Source: Ophelia neglecta
Lineage: Eukaryota
NCBI GenBank assembly: GCA_965285935.1
Contig: OZ260662.1
Coordinates: forward strand, 89,032,001 to 89,096,000
Reading direction: 5' to 3'
Length of the DNA stretch: 64,000 nt
Made by a program: the position numbers and the translations under genes
Notes under the pieces: generated by a model
Told to the model about the DNA's origin: nothing
Seen by the model: the letters and a program-made list of their open reading frames with translations, nothing else
Databases searched by the model: none
In this document: positions 63,730 to 64,000 of the stretch, piece by piece
Layout: each line of letters begins with the position of its first letter
Numbering within the stretch: the stretch's first letter is position 1

Positions 63730-64000
63730 GTCTGTTTGACATGCCTATGAGAACTTATTTATAAATGATAAATTTAAAGTCTTTGCTTGTGGTAAATTGT
63801 GTTTTGCCTGCCCTGTCAGCAAGCTATTACTTTTCCTGCGGGTTGAAACATGGTGTGCAGAGAAAGAGCGAGGTTATATTAAAACCAATTACTGAAAATA
63901 ACATGGGAGATTAACATGGGACCTTCTATGTAGGTCTCTTTTTTCTATGCTCAACTTGTATACTATGATTTAGAACTATATTTTTTATGACATGGGTTTA

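Noticed and set aside
1-64000. Prokaryotic systems (CRISPR array, operons, defence islands)
   Set aside because: Spliceosomal GT-AG genes, LINEs and MITEs show this is animal DNA. The repeated LINE tails near 29.7-30.7 kb are not repeat-spacer arrays.

Overview
Eukaryotic, AT-rich, intron-containing animal genomic DNA, probably from a marine invertebrate (lophotrochozoan-like; inference only). I see no prokaryotic operons, CRISPR arrays, rRNA or intact tRNA genes. Four apparently functional host genes can be assembled by hand: (1) a 4-exon SLC16/MCT-family MFS transporter (24258-27033, +); (2) an intronless, highly divergent 7-TM class-A-like GPCR with a ~570-aa third intracellular loop (32684-35419, +); (3) a 4-exon single-CRD TNF-receptor-like gene of BCMA/TACI/Grindelwald type (37602-40512, -), mostly invisible in the ORF track; (4) the 5' part of a type II membrane protein with a Tyr/Arg/Asp decapeptide-repeat cytoplasmic domain (50719 to beyond 63729, +). 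An intron of gene 4 holds a full-length, young but defective BEL/Pao LTR retrotransposon (54575-61420, -). The apparently empty first 23 kb looks like a graveyard of about 7-8 heavily decayed GT31 (beta-1,3-galactosyltransferase/brainiac-like) paralogs. The 42.6-46 kb interval contains decayed LRR/Toll-like-receptor-like sequence. At 29.4-31.0 kb a MITE with a 5-bp TSD has been hit repeatedly at the same nucleotide by an I-group LINE whose tail recreates the target. All pseudogene calls come from manual translation and motif recognition and need HMM confirmation.
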